A DNA stretch of 58,127 bases, filler included, from Jimgerdemannia flammicorona (lineage: Eukaryota), in NCBI GenBank assembly GCA_003990765.1. It is 2 parts of 2 records of this genome, joined end to end, with 100 filler letters (N's around TTAATTAATTAA, not from the genome) between each part and the next. Parts side by side here need not be neighbours in the genome. Positions count along the whole stretch, not along the records: positions 1 to 29,016 come from RBNJ01000528.1; 1 more part is not named here. One strand, given 5' to 3'. The notes under the pieces are model-generated. The model did no database searches and was not told the DNA's origin. It worked only from the letters and a program-made list of their open reading frames with translations. Every line of letters starts with the position of its first letter. The first letter of the stretch is position 1. This document shows, piece after piece, positions 1 through 13,560 of the stretch. The position numbers and the translations under genes are program-made.

Positions 1-445
1 CCCCCCCATCCCCCAACCTCACCACCAGCTATTCAAAATGTCCAACAGCAACCATTCCCACTGTGCCATTCTGTCACCAACTCCAACCCGATGCCTGTTC
101 TCAAATACATGAACCCAATACCCAGCCATTCCAACCTACATAGCTAAAGCCCAACCAAGGATCAGCCATTCGTCCCCAACCCCACCCACCAGCCACTGGT
201 GAAGCTCTCCCCATCTCCCCCCTCCCACCCCCTCCACAGCACCTGGCCCAACCCTGTCCATAATATATCCCCAAAACTCTCCCAAAACTGCACATTCACC
301 AAGCCAATGTTCAGGCATTTGTACCACTCCTCCCTCCTGACCAACATTGAAACAATCCTCACACTCAAATACTCCACCGTCCACCAAGTAACCAGACCAA
401 TAGTTCAACATCACATTCTGCCATAAGATCTGCCACCACACCAGT
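1..445 (-). mobile_element. 3' fragment of an L1/Tx1-like non-LTR retrotransposon (ORF2 C-terminal zf-RVT-like zinc knuckle)
   Basis: Minus ORF 136-441 contains CEDC...EHWLGEC...FW (CCHC motif). Nucleotides 300-440 align by eye with 28275-28415, which lies in a poly(A)-tailed LINE end. CpG-poor. Confidence 0.7.
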
Positions 446-919
446 TTTTTATACTATTGTCTGTCAGTAGTCAAGACATCTGCTCTCCATTAAAGTATAT
501 CTTACAAAAAATTCTGAGGTGAAATAATAATAAGAATCAAATTCAAAGTATTTGTAAAGAATCAAAAGCTATATTTATAGTAAACCATAGTAAGTTAGAA
601 TCATGGCTGGTGGGAACTCCCCTCTTTGATTCAAAAAGAAGAAAGAAAAAAGTTCAAATTTGGTAGTTTTATATATTAAAGGAAAATGTGTTGAAATAAT
701 ACCATTATATCAGTATCTTCATTAGTACTATAAGGACAGAAGGCAGCATAATTAACATGAAACTAAAGCCTCTGACACATATTAATAGAACAGTAAAAAC
801 TTTATATCAGATGTTTATTATTTTGAAAAACTTCATCTGATGGGCCCAAGAACACACAGACCCCTAAAAGAAACCTTGAAACATCTAACCTCCCTACAAG
901 CTGATGTCCTGCTTCTCAT

Positions 920-3900
920 TCAAATTGATTGCTGCACCATCGCGATCAATTCCTGATTTCTTTGTCTAAATTCCTGGCAAATACCAAGAAGTTCTCGAGC
1001 ATGATACAGATCTGCATACCGTTCAATGTCCAGCACGGTATTGATCCTAATCATTCTACCATTGATGATTCGCGTCTCGATCAAATTCTTGAGCCGATCA
1101 AGCGCGTACATATCCGCAGGCTGGAGTAGGTGAAGATACACTTGCAGCTGGCGACGAGGGTCGTTTTCGGCGAATCCGTTGTCCGCGTCAATGTCCTCGG
1201 GCGTGACGACGAGTTCGTCAGTGTGGAGGTAGTCGAGCATGATGCGGAACGCAGTGGACGATATATCCGGTACCTCAATCTCTATGGGGAGGTCTTCGTG
1301 GCGGGTTTCCGTCATGCCACTATGTTCGGTGGGAAGGAACATCGTTCTGAAGTGGTCACTGGCCATGGCGAGGAAGATCCGCGATGCACGGAACCGATGA
1401 CCGCCCACGAGGAAGACAACGTCCTTGTACCCAATGGCGACGGTGTCGTCGCGGCCGTGAAACTCGGCAAACCTGCGGAAGACAAATTCGGCCTGGGAAA
1501 GATCATTCAGGTCTGGGTCCGATTTGCGCAACGGCAAAGAAATGATTTTTGGCGCGCCGCCCAGAACCAAGAGCTCCTCGAAAGGATACAGGGAATCGTG
1601 GATTTTTAGCATCTCCGGGTTGATGTCAAAGTCTGCGCCGATGACGAGGTGACTGGCTGGCTTCCAGTTTTCGGATTTCGTCGGGCCGTCGCCGTTCAGG
1701 AACAAGGTAGTTGTGCACGAAAAGCTGTCGCGCATTTTGGCCACGGATTCCGGGTCGTTGCAGCGATCCAGAAGGAACTGGTACGTGTCCTTGAGCCAAC
1801 GGCCGAATTCGGTCTCATTCTCGTGGCATTTCGGAGAAACTGTGAGCGCGAGGCAGTGGAGGTGATCGATGACGACATCAACGGGCGGGTTGCCGAGATT
1901 TGGAATTTGTTGAAGAACGTAGTTGGATAGGCTGTTGAGGGAATCGTCAAAGATGGGGCGTTGGGTCCATACGACATTTCGATGTTCTACCAGACAGAGT
2001 TCGGAGAGGGAGGTGAGCGGGCCGAAGGATGGAAGAAATTCTTCGCGCGCGAAGTTGGGTAGAGTTTCAGAAATCCTGGTATTGACGGGCATGAACTTTT
2101 GCTTAACAAGGTAGGAGAGCTGGGAGCGGTTTAGTGTAAAATTTGAGCCAAAGTTTGAGGCGAAGTTATTGGCCACAATCCTAGCCCGGTCCAGATAATT
2201 TGAAGGTCGACCCGACCCGAGCTTCGAAAGGCGCACGACCTCGTCGACACACTCAATGAACGTCAATCCGTTGGTCTCGGTTTTGAGGCCAATTTTTCGA
2301 AGGGCCGAGAGACCAATCTTGATGTTACTCGCAACAAACTTCCCCGCTCCGGCAAACACAGCAGCAAACATCGGGTTTGTGTCATCGTAAAGTTCGGAAG
2401 CCCTGAAAAGCCTGCAATTGGACGACTCGTCGCTCGGGATGACCGAATGCTGTGTGAGCATCTGGCAGAGCTGTTGCGACCCCTCTCGCTCGACGTAACT
2501 GAGAACCTTGCGAAGGAATGTCTGGTATTCGTTGGCCTTGGTATCCGGGAGTGGATTATTGAGCAAAGGGAGGACGTTGCACCTTAAGTGTTCCTGAACC
2601 GACAGCTCAGGAATGTTGATCTTCGCCGCGAATTTGTACTCCGTGTCGTTTTTACAAAGGATGGCCATTCCGTACTGTACTGAGAACACGGGGAAATCTT
2701 GTGGTAAAAGGCGGCAATCCGCCGCGGGTTTGAAGGCAACGGAGGAGGATGTTTGAGCCGGGAAGATGGGTAACTGACGGAGGATCTCTATCGATTCCGA
2801 GGAACGCTCGTTTTGGAACAGGTCGTATTCGTTTCCCTGGAGGAAGTCCCTAAGGGTGTTCCGCTCATCAGAGCTCAATGGCAACAACAGCTCCTCTATG
2901 GAACGGTTTGCTTTCGTGCTCGCCAATTGTATGCATTTCAGTACATTCGTCGCAGAGAACTCCAGTACAAAGTCAGGCAGCCGCTTGGAATACCGCTTGT
3001 CGACGAGGTTCGTGCCAATCTTGGTCAAAATCGCATTGATATTGGATCTATTGCCGTCTTGGTAGAGCAGAGGTAGATTTTGGTTCAAAGAGACCAACAC
3101 TCCGTTTGGGCCGACGGTCGGCAGAATTGGCGTGTTCTCGAAGGCTGTCATGTCGATACTTTCCGTTGCATCCAGATAATGCCAGAGATCTCGAAGCCAC
3201 TTGTCGTTATGATAGTCCCATCGCTTTCGTAATTCAAGTGATCTCCAGAGCACAATATTTTGGAGACCAGTTGAATGAAAGCATCGTTGTCCAGTCGTTT
3301 GACATTCAGCTCTTTGGCCGCCGCTTCAGTCGTAAGTGCATCGATAATAGGTTTTGAGAGCCTCTCTAGGTCCACGAAGATTGATGAGAGATTGGGAAAA
3401 AGTGCAATTTCTGCTTCCTCATTCGCAATGTAAAATTGAATTCGCCCCTTGCTGAACGTGCCAAATGACTTGTCCATGAGGGGTAAAATGGTACATCTCC
3501 TAAGCTCTGAGAAGGCCTTGTCGCTCAGGAGATATTCGAAAAAGGCGATGAAGACGAGTGTGTCCATTTTCTGTACAAATGCCTTGGTGGCATTCCGGAT
3601 GTTGTCGCGGACGAGCTCGGGAGTGACTTGTTGAAGCTTTCTTTCCTGTTCGGGGAAGCTTTTCAGTATACTGCGAGGAAGTTGTACAACGTTGATGCTA
3701 CGTTCAATCAAAAAATCACTGATGATTTTTGAGGCCCCTTCCTTGATGCCATCGGAAATGAGTGTTTCGTCTTCGAATACAGCCTCTTGGTAGCTGATCC
3801 ATTGTCCGCCGTTGCTCCGGGTGTAAAAGACGTCTCCACTCTTCATTGCGAGACTGTAAAAGGTTTTGTAATAATCGCATAACATGCCTTCTTTGACCTC

Positions 3901-6900
3901 CTTCGGCCAATAGTTGAAATAGCGTTGAACCAAGGTGCTATCGTCTAAAGAATCGTTCGACTCCACAAGTCCCTCTCTGATGACATCCTGAAGGAACTGT
4001 AGGTGGATTTTTGGTAATAGGTCACTGAGAAGGTACTGATTCCATCTACTGAGATTGTAACTCTGGCTCCCTTTAGAAACGTGGATTGCGTTGTTGGGAT
4101 GTGAGAGAAGAGACCGGCGATCGCTTGTCAGGGCAAAGCACCCGTGCAGATGAACGGGAAATTCGATAGTTATTGGCAGAGGCAAGAAGGTGAAGAGGCT
4201 ACTCTTCAAGGGGGTCGACAAATATGGTGAACGTGAAGGTTCCAGCATCCCAGCTACGCCAACATGAGCGATAAGCTCATTGAGTTGAATAAACTCCTGA
4301 AACTCTGCATCCGTGTCGGGTTTCGATAAGTTTGTGCAAACAAACCACTTTTCCGTTTCGTCCGGTTTCCCATTCACGGACAGTCTAAGATTCATACAGA
4401 AGCTGGCCGTATACTCCTTGTTTTTCTCCACCTTCGTTCGGTTGTGTCTGGCATCATCGGTCAACTCATCCGCAGCTACTCTCCAAAGTTGGGTCATGTT
4501 TCCGTCGATCCCTAACTCGTACACCCCAATCTCCACGACATGCTTGAGGAATAGCAAGACTCCACGGGAGGCTTCAACTTGGAAATCTTTGAGCATACGC
4601 TTGATGGCAAAGGCGGAGTATGAATTTTGACTTAGCTTGCTAAGTAACTCCTTGGTTCGAAGTGGGAGCCGAAAAAGCGTTCCCTTGAAAGGCTTCGCCA
4701 TATCGAAGTCAAACAGGCGAGTGTACGGTCGAAACTGGTCTTCAAATCTTCCGTTGACAAACTTTGTGCGGAGACCCGCGGGTTGGACGCCATCTCGGAT
4801 TGGAAGGTACTTTCTATGAGGATCGAAGAAGACTGCCTGGGTTCCGCTTACAACTGATGGAAGATCTTGAAATAACCGGTTTTGAGAACAAATGGTGATA
4901 GAAATGTCAGTATTCGTGTTGTTCCGCATTGCTCATTTTTAGAAGATACATTATTCCTATTACCTGTGTAATGGTAGCAGTCTAGAAAACCGAGACCAAA
5001 TTTGCCGATTCGAACGCTATCAAGCTCTTTCTTACCACCGATGCCAACTTGTCTTAATCCTTTAAAATCATCTTCACTGAATTCGGAGTCATTATATATC
5101 CACAATGCAGGACCTTGCCACGACCCCATCTTCTGTGATATAAGGGTTTGGGAATCCTGAAATGGGGGAGGGTTCGGTTCGAAGACGATGCAGAATTTCT
5201 TTGCTTTTGCATCATCAGCGTTTTGTAGAAATTCGCGAAATAAAGCATCATCAAGATAATCTCTGAGAAGGTTGCTTATGCGCGTAGTTAGTTCCTCTTC
5301 CTGTTCCCAGGTTTCGGTCTCGCTGTCAGTGCCAAACATCAACCTTTGGCTCAAAAATTGTATCCCGAGTTTTCCGCCAATAAAGTGTGACACCTTTTTG
5401 TGGCACCACCGGAATTGATCAGAAGGTGAGGAAGACGATTGCCGGGTTTTGCTGATATCGTCAATTGTCAGCAGAGAAACTTCCGTCAGGATGTCGTCAT
5501 CCGACGGCGCGAACAGGTCGCCATAGTCTTTGATGTCCTCCGTGTCTCCTGTAATCACCGTTATAAGCTGTAACACCAGCTCCAAGTCCGATTCTGTCAA
5601 CTTGTTCTCTTTCACGATATATTTTATATCTTGCAATATCTCAATCAGTCGGGGCGTGTCGAGGACACTGGGAACTCCAAAGCATTCGAAAAGTGTTCCG
5701 TATTTCCCAATCGAATTTGGGATCGTCATGAAGTACGGTTTCAAATCGAGTCTCGGTGGAGTTGAAAGCGTCACCTTAGAAGGACTGTAGAGTTTACCTT
5801 CGACAGGAATCCATTCCTCATCCTGCAAGCTTGTCCTTAATTGATCAATACTCGTGTCATTACTCTTCGCAATTTTGTTAAGGTGCTTGAACACCCTCTC
5901 CAAGTTTCTCGGAATTTCATGCGTTGTGGTAGAGGTAGATACATATTGTCTCAGCAAAGCCCAGAGCTGCTTGACCACGGTATTTATCGGTGGATCTTTA
6001 TCCCATCCCAGCACGCGACGAAGATCTGATTTCACCGAATAATCCAGTGTTGGCATAACTTTCGAGATTAAATGTTTGTCGTCTTTGTCTCGAGAACCGT
6101 TGGCAGTCGACAGGATCTTGTCTGCATCACCATCTACTCTTGTCGTTGGAATCCATTGCTTGCTAGACAGCACCATTTCCATTTCTTGGACGTCGTTTTT
6201 CCCTTTCACCTTCGAATAACATCGATCGAGGGTTTGGAGAAATCCCAGTGCAGCTTTATAAATGTCTTGTTGTTCCTGCTTCGTTTTCCGAGACCAGTTG
6301 TCGGCATAGTACGTAACTCGGTCGATGACTATCTTACAATTGAGTGCCTTGTTCATGCCTAATGTGTGAAGTTGAGACATCGCAGCGTACTTTCCAATGG
6401 GAAACACCTCCTCGCTTGATAAGTAGAAATCCTTCAAGTCGGAATTCTTATCGACAATTTCAGCAGGTGGAAGGATCTTGCCGCTCGAAGCGCCAGAGAT
6501 AGTACCGACTTTAACGAAATGGAGATCACGGAGATGTTGAAGGACGCCGTTCTTGTTTTTTGCCAAAAGGCTAGGCAAATTCTCCAATACGCAGTCAATC
6601 AAAGCATCCACCACGCTACGAGGTTGGGATTTCAAAAGGGGGAGCACATGTAGGCTGAGGTACTCTGTAGTCTCAAGGTACTCCAAGCCTGCCACGTCGC
6701 GAGCGAGATACTTGACATCTTGGGTTCCAGCGTCGATTATTCCAGTATTGGGTGCGCAGAGAACGATTCTCCCAATCTTGGCACATTCGAATGTATACCA
6801 AGTGATACTTGACGAAGAGATTGCCGTGCTATAGGACTCCTCCTTTGCGCGTTTGGGAAAGATTGGCAACATTTTCAACGAGTTCAACGAAGGCGAGGAG

Positions 6901-9539
6901 GAAAGTCTACCAGAGGGCAAGAGGCGGATATATTTTGCAAAATACTCTATCAATAACTGAGCTTCGTATTTGGTCAACGTGTCAGGAATGTTTGTGGAGA
7001 TCCCTTGTAGCACAGCTTCTGCATTTGAACACTCGACAGCGACTTCACGAAGTCTTGAAGAGGAGCTTTCTCCGACAAGAAATTTGCCGAGAATAAACGT
7101 GCATCCCAGCTTCTCGAGCAAAGGGACAATGGCTGCCGGAGGATGGACATTGTTGGATGGATTGTGCCAAAGTATAGGCTTTGTGGATCGCACTTTTCGC
7201 AACGACTGTTGATTTGTCGGTATCAACCAGAGTTCGCCGAGCGAGCCTAGGCCGCTCTTTGGTTGCGAGTCAATCCATGCCCACAAGTGTTTAAGCCAGT
7301 CCAGATCGATTCCATAGCCACTGAAGTCGGACCTTGGGATTGCCTCGGCTGACTTGTTCTTGACGGTGGAAAATACTTTCTTCAGACAGTCAATCCCAGC
7401 CTGCAGCGACCAACGACGGATATTGATAATTTCTGACATGGATTCAAAATCGTGCGATTCGAAGAGCGGAGCTATCGAGCGGCTCATAAGGCGGGGTTCC
7501 CATTTCTGGAACAAAAGGTGCTCTTCCTCGGAGGCCACATAAATTGGAGGTTGTTCTGTCTCACCGAAACTGGCGCAGGTTCCATTGGCGTCGGCGAGCA
7601 GGATCAACGGCAAACCCCATAAGTTTTGATACTCCAAATCTTTCAACACGTACGTCAACAACTTGTTTTTGTCGTCACTGCTGAGAATCGTTGACCACTG
7701 GCCGACCGTACCTCTCAAGTGCTCACTGACGAGATGCGGGGAAGCACGTGTGTAAGGAATCTTGTTATTCTTCAACGCCGTTTGTATATGTAGCGGGAGT
7801 TTTGGTATCATTGGTAAGCCACAGCGTGCTAGCAATGGGGTCAAATAGCTAAAGTCTTCGTCTTCCAAAATACCATCCGCGAGGGAAATCCAGCTGTTGC
7901 AAATGTCGCTGCCAGAAGTCATTCCTTGGAACACCGATGTGTCGCTGCCGATGGTTTTGACGACGTCATCTAGAATACTCGCCCATAGCCTATCGACGTT
8001 TCTGTTGTGTGAATTGCTGTCTTCACGCGATGGCCAAAATGTGTAATCCTCAATCGGCAGAGTCGGCTTGCCGTCGAGATGGTCGCATTCCGTCAGTCCT
8101 TTCAGCAGATCTGCCCAAGCTCGTGGAATACAGTGTTGGAAGAGGTACTGGTTCCAGTCGGCTTTAATGGCCATCTGTGCGTCGTGGGCCAATCTATCCT
8201 GACTCGGGGTGGGAAGCTCACGTCGACTGCTGGACATAGCGAAGAACCCGTGAATGAAGACATTGAACGGTGTGCTGACAGGCAACCGTAGAAAACAGAA
8301 CAGACTTCCATCGCGTTGTTCGACGTCGCTCAAGCATGCGGCGACTCCAACCCATGGGATGAGTTTGTCGTCTTTGAGATGTATTTTGTGGTTTTCGAGG
8401 AAACATTTCTCTGCCTTCGACACGTCCCCTAGGTAATTCTGTACCAACCAGCGAGATGTTCCGTGACTGTTTGATTTGTGGGAGAAGCAACAAACCTCAG
8501 CGGTATATGACGATGACAGGGATAGGCGAGTTTCCTCGACCATCGATTGAAGGATTTCTTCGTCGCTGTCGTCGATGCCGGCCATAATACTTCTCACATT
8601 TCGTGCTAGCAACTGCCGTTGTTGTCGGACCTCCTCGGCGTTCAGCAATTCAATCTCATAGAGCAGCTTAGGTTCATCGGCGCCGTCGAGCAATTCGTAA
8701 AATGACACCTTCTCCAAGTATTTCAAGAATAGTAGACACTCCGCTGCCTCGACTTGGAAATCTTCGAACATGTGCAACACGTCTTCAACCGGACACGGAC
8801 TCTTTGAGATCTCCGACGATTCTGCGTGCTTCTTCGTTCGCAAAGGGTACCTGAAGATAGTACCTTCAAATTTGTGCTCGAAATCATCGACTAGAACTTT
8901 GAAGGGTTCAAACTGCGATGTTGGGAACACATTTTGGAATTCTTCCTCCAAGAAATTGTATCTTTCGCCGCCAAGGTTCCTGCCGAAATCCACGCGCTCG
9001 TGAGGGTCGAGGATGACGAACTGGTCGCCCGACAAAATCGTCGGCAAGTCGGTCATATGGTAGACGGCGTTGAATCCCACGCCGTATCGGCCCGTCTTGT
9101 CGAGATCCTCTTTCTTCATACTGTTACCGAGGTTCTCAAGAGAAGAGAAGTCCCTATCAGTGAACATACTGTTACTCTTGGCGAGAAGGGATGGGCCTTG
9201 GTAGTCAGCCAAGGTAGGATCGATGAGGTCGGTGATTGAATGAGTTTTATGATCCAGCAAGAAGACCTATGGAAAAAGAAAAAAAAAAAAAAGTAGGTTA
9301 TCTCAGCGGTAATTTTTGTTGCGAAAATGTTCTGGTTCGTTTTTTGAGTAATTAAAAGATGGCCATACCTGTTCTGTACTTCCGGCATCGTCTGCGTTTT
9401 GCAAAATCTCTCGCAAAATTTGGGAACCTTTTGGGTAGTCGGCGAGAATACCCTTGATTCGCACTGTCAAGGGTTCCTTTTGCCTGTAACCCTTGCCTCT
9501 GAGTTGAAACTTTCGAGTTGCTTGGTCAGTGTTTGCCAT
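920..9539 (-). CDS. Sacsin-like protein: two Hsp90-like GHKL (sacsin repeat) modules plus C-terminal BTB/POZ, ~2806 aa if the 1-nt frameshift at ~3207 is corrected
   Basis: Exons 9539-9369, 9266-4964 and 4865-920; GT-AG introns 9368-9267 and 4963-4866 restore the motifs STEQ|VFLLD and YHYT|DLPS. Repeat 1: REILQNADDA, TGRYGVGFNAVYHMTDLP, GTIFRYPLRT. Repeat 2: REFLQNADDA, IGKFGLGF, GTLFRLPLRT. The frame changes at ATCATAACGACAAGTGG, where one extra A gives IINDKWLRDLW. Confidence 0.88.
960..1429 (-). other. BTB/POZ domain (with BACK-like helices) at the C-terminus of the sacsin-like protein
   Basis: KDVVFLVGGHRFRASRIFLAMASDHFRTMF...IEVPDISSTAFRIMLDYLHT...ADMYALDRLKNL...NTVLDIERYADLYHARELLGIC matches the BTB consensus. 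Confidence 0.88.
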
Positions 9540-10825
9540 TTCTAATATTGAAGGAATGACGTCCAAAAGGTGAGGATGTTTTACGAATGCAATAGTGAAT
9601 ACGTGCGCCACATAAGAATGCCGACATGAGTAATCGTACCGTATTTATCACAGGGGTGGTAGTGTGGAGGAATAGCGGTGAAGAAAAAAAGCCGTAGTTA
9701 GATAACCCTTATATATATTTTTTTCTACTACGATCTGATGTTAATCACATGCACTGCGCAATTTAAAAGAAAACTGTGGGAAAATTCAACTTATTAACTA
9801 CATGCAGTCATGCAACAGAGTTCCAAAGCTTAAAGGCACATTAGACATGAATTAATCAAAACAACACAGCCTCGCACCCGACGAGGACAAAGGAGATCTG
9901 CGGGATTGAAAATGATCACTGCGGCGTAGTATACGAAGGTTCGATTGCGTCACCTATCTTTGGAGGAGGATTGGCGCTTGCATAACCCCCACAGCTCCTT
10001 TATGCTTGCTAGACCGTAAACCCTATTTGCAACAGGGACCCAAGTCATTGAACAGTCCTGATGTCATTTGAGACGCGTCGCAAAATCCTGGTACCGTACA
10101 TTGAGTACCTTTGAGTACATGCACCATACATTTAGGTACATGCGTGCGCCAAGTATGCCATGTATGTGCCGTGATTTTGTGATGCAGCTATAATGGAAAA
10201 AAATAAAATAAAATAAAATAAATTGTGGCTTATCGCCTATTCAGTGTTTGCGAAATAGGTTCCATCCATGTCGGATAATATATTCGCCTGGCGTGATCAT
10301 ACGTCGAAGGCAACAGAAAAAATTGAAAATATCACTCCAGCGAAATGATTGATTTAATGTCGGTCGCGCCCTCCTCCTACGAATACGATTTCGACGAGTT
10401 TATGGTTTAGTATGTATGTTTGTTTCAAGGATTTTGTGAGTCAAAGCGTTGGGGTTCGGTACAGTGGACTCTGGAGAAACGTAAAAACCCAAGTAAGTTG
10501 CCGTTGGGCATGGGGCTATAATAAAAAGTATCTAAAGATATACAACCAACTGACGCGATTGAGAAATAAAATAAATATTATTAATAAAGTTTCTTGTTGT
10601 TATTTATTTGTTTAATATCTAATTACTATATTTAAGTTATAGAGTGTTAACAGGATACAGTGAAGTGTTTTTCAGACAAATTATATTATAATTAGTTTAT
10701 AACTGAAAAGCTCTTGCTAAGAGACAAGAAACTTTTTACGGCACGACGGCAACGGGCCAGGACAGGCACGGCGGCAACAACAGCGGTAATAAATGGTGCA
10801 GGGCAGCACACTCTCGGAATGCAGC

Positions 10826-11110
10826 CAAATACAGTCGAATCAAATTACAAGTATTTAGATCGCAGTGAGGCAATTTCACCTAGAATGCTTCAGAGAACGC
10901 AGCAGGAGCAGAACTCATAGAAGTAAAATGCAGTCGAATCAAATTGCAATCATTTAGAACGCAAAAATATATCCAAAATGCTTCCAGAATGAAGCAGGAG
11001 AGCAGAATACAAAGAAGTAAAATGCAGCCGAATTAAATTGCAAACATTTCGAAAAGAAAATAAACCAAATTGCACCTAACCAGAATGCAAGTATTTGGAA
11101 CACAGTCAAA
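10826..11110. repeat. Degenerate tandem repeat, about 3 units of ~95 bp
   Basis: AAATRCAGYCGAATYAAATTRCAA recurs at ~10827, ~10926 and ~11020; AGCAGGAG..CAGAA..GAAGTAA precedes the second and third copies. Confidence 0.65.
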
Positions 11111-11229
11111 GCAAAATATATTTAGAATTTGCGAATTAGAATGTACTGGAAGAACATTGCGCCTAAAATGCGCGAAATCCAAATGCTCTGGAAGCATACT
11201 GCACTCAGAATTAAAAATGAACAGGTGAG

Positions 11230-13560
11230 AATGTCGAGTTGTCCTCTCTTCATCTGCACAAGGTTTTTATACCTAGGGATGGCAAAACCTGTCCATTCAT
11301 TTGTTCATGTGTTGTGGAGGCTAGCCGGCGACGGTAATGATTTGGCAGCCGGCCCGGGGGAAGAATAGTGGTACGTCGAACCTGGATGGACGTATCTCCC
11401 AAGAACGCGCTGCGCTCCAATATTGGTGGGAGAGCGCGCATGAGAAAACGACCTCCACAGCAGGCCAAGCAAAACGTAGGAGATGACCCTTCACGATGCC
11501 ACCTCACTGCGTTGATTGACAAGGCCGAACCGAAAGTCGTGACGGTATGATCATACACCCTTGCTGTAGGAACAAAGGTTTCGCCGGCTGGAGCTGGAGA
11601 GACCCCATCTTGAGCTCTACGATCATCGCTGAGGGACTGGTCAGGCCGTGATCTCATGGTGGCCATGGACCAGGCCGAGGTAAGGAGGCTAAATCTCGGA
11701 TCAGATAGAACCGAGAGTTTGGATGTCAATCCTTCGAGGGTCGAGAAAATCCTCCATCAAGAATCGACAACAACCTGTACATTAGGTGGAAGATCCATCC
11801 TCTCAAGCAAGAATCCAAACGAAAAGCGGCTGCACGCTTTGGCCGCGTGAAATCTCCATGGTTTGGTTGCGTGGGAGCACTCCCGTTGAGTCCTCGCTGA
11901 TTCTCAGCCGTGGATGCAATGTGCACCCAACAAGGATAACGGATGCGCAGAAATTTGATGGGAGCTTGGTAAAACATGGCGATAAGTTGCGTTCGCCGGA
12001 TGGCGACCTATCCATCTCGGCTTCGTCGCAGTGACCCACGTAATATATCTCGAATAGGCTTCGTCTAAATCCACATATTAATCTCAGCCACGACGCTGCA
12101 GGTGTGTCTGTCCTTGCTCATGGGATCCCAAAATCTGTTGCATTCCTTCCTCAAAGATGACCCATTTCCTCTCGTGCGTGTATCGTCGTCGCGATGATGC
12201 CACGCAAAGGTCTCCTTGGCGACGAAGGAACTGTCTTTGGGTTCCAAGATCACAGATACATCCCACCTCGGACGCGAAGTTGTGGCGTGCGGTACCGAAG
12301 GGCGATAAAGGGCAGTTTTCCTCAGGGGCCTTCAAACTCTTCAAGCATTAGCAGTCGTTCCATCGCCCGCGCCGTATTTCACTCGTCAAGATCCTTGCCC
12401 CTCCGAGTCATACCGCCCTGTTGGGAGCGAGCAATGCCGATCGCCCGTTCTAGCTATGATCTAATCGATTATGGGAGTGAGAATTTCAACCCGGACGTCT
12501 CTGTGTGATGTCGGGACGGCAGGATTATTGGTTGCAGCAAAGTCTCCACCGGAGAGTCTTTACCACCAGTGGCACGTTGCCTGAATCCTCTCTCCCTTCA
12601 TAATATGGATTTGAAAGCATGGTCTATATATCAAAGCTACCTGAATACAACATTGTTCTGACACCCGTGAGGACGATGACGTTGCAGAATTCCGCGAGCA
12701 GAGTCCTCACCGCGAGAAGTGATTTGTCGACTGCGTGGTGTATAGTCCGTAGCCAAAGTCGATTTAGGAGACGGCGGATAAATGCACGACACACGATGCA
12801 CCTGGAAGCAGCGCAATACGTGTAAAAGACGACCCAGTACTATGAATTGTAGTCGTGACCACCTCGGCCGACTTCATCGTTCACGTGAACAAGTTCCTCG
12901 ACCAAACAATGCCCGCGAACGAGGAAGTATGGCATACAAGGGCTTGCTCTAAATCTCCAGTATAGACAAAGTTTCGGCACCAGTTACGTCTTCAGGGCGG
13001 TGTGGTGAATGTGAATGTGAAAAATCAGCTTCATATGGTTCTGAGGCGGTGAAGCCGAGGATATGCCCAGAATGATACTGATACTGTCCTTCCATGCACC
13101 ACGCAGTGGATAGATCGTCATACGGCGCCCAATCGGGTCATTACGACTATCCATCCTTTAAATCCGGAAGTCGAAACAACCGCTCCATAATAAAATGTTC
13201 TTACAGCCAATGTAATGGTTGTCGAGTATATTAGCATCATCACAAAACATCAGTCCCTAGTGTTGAGGGGGAAAGGAATGGTGTTGCGGCGTCCCATCCC
13301 GTGGCTTGATCACCTCAGTTAGCATTGACGCGCAATTGGTGTCTCTGCGAACCTCGGAGCGCTCGTTTAGTCTTCGGCCAGCGCTGCGTGCTGTAGACAA
13401 CTGGCGGCGAGCCCGGCGTGGGGAATGGAGCGATTGAGTACTCTTTCGGAAGACACCATTAACTTTATCGAGAAGCCCGAGATGTAGCTAAGAGGACTGA
13501 TACCTTAATCGTGTATGAACCGGCAAAATTTTGAATGATGAAGAGCATGCATAAATCTAG
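11230..13560. pseudogene. Coding-like, CpG-rich tract with no long ORF; possible decayed BTB-family gene
   Basis: Composition resembles neighbouring CDS but all frames are broken. Plus-strand fragments PDVSV*CRDGRIIGCSK (~12490) and NIVLTP...RVLTARSD (~12650-12725) resemble BTB N-termini. Weak. Confidence 0.25.

Noticed and set aside
1130..1930. Plus-strand ORFs of 159 and 93 aa
   Set aside because: They are antisense shadows of the GC-rich BTB-region codons, with no motifs.
3195..3220. Programmed ribosomal frameshift in the sacsin gene
   Set aside because: No slippery heptamer is visible; a 1-nt deletion or sequencing error is simpler.
920..9611. Four separate genes as listed in the ORF track (777, 593, 1470 and 102 aa)
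   Set aside because: Two canonical introns and one frameshift join them into one protein with continuous motifs.
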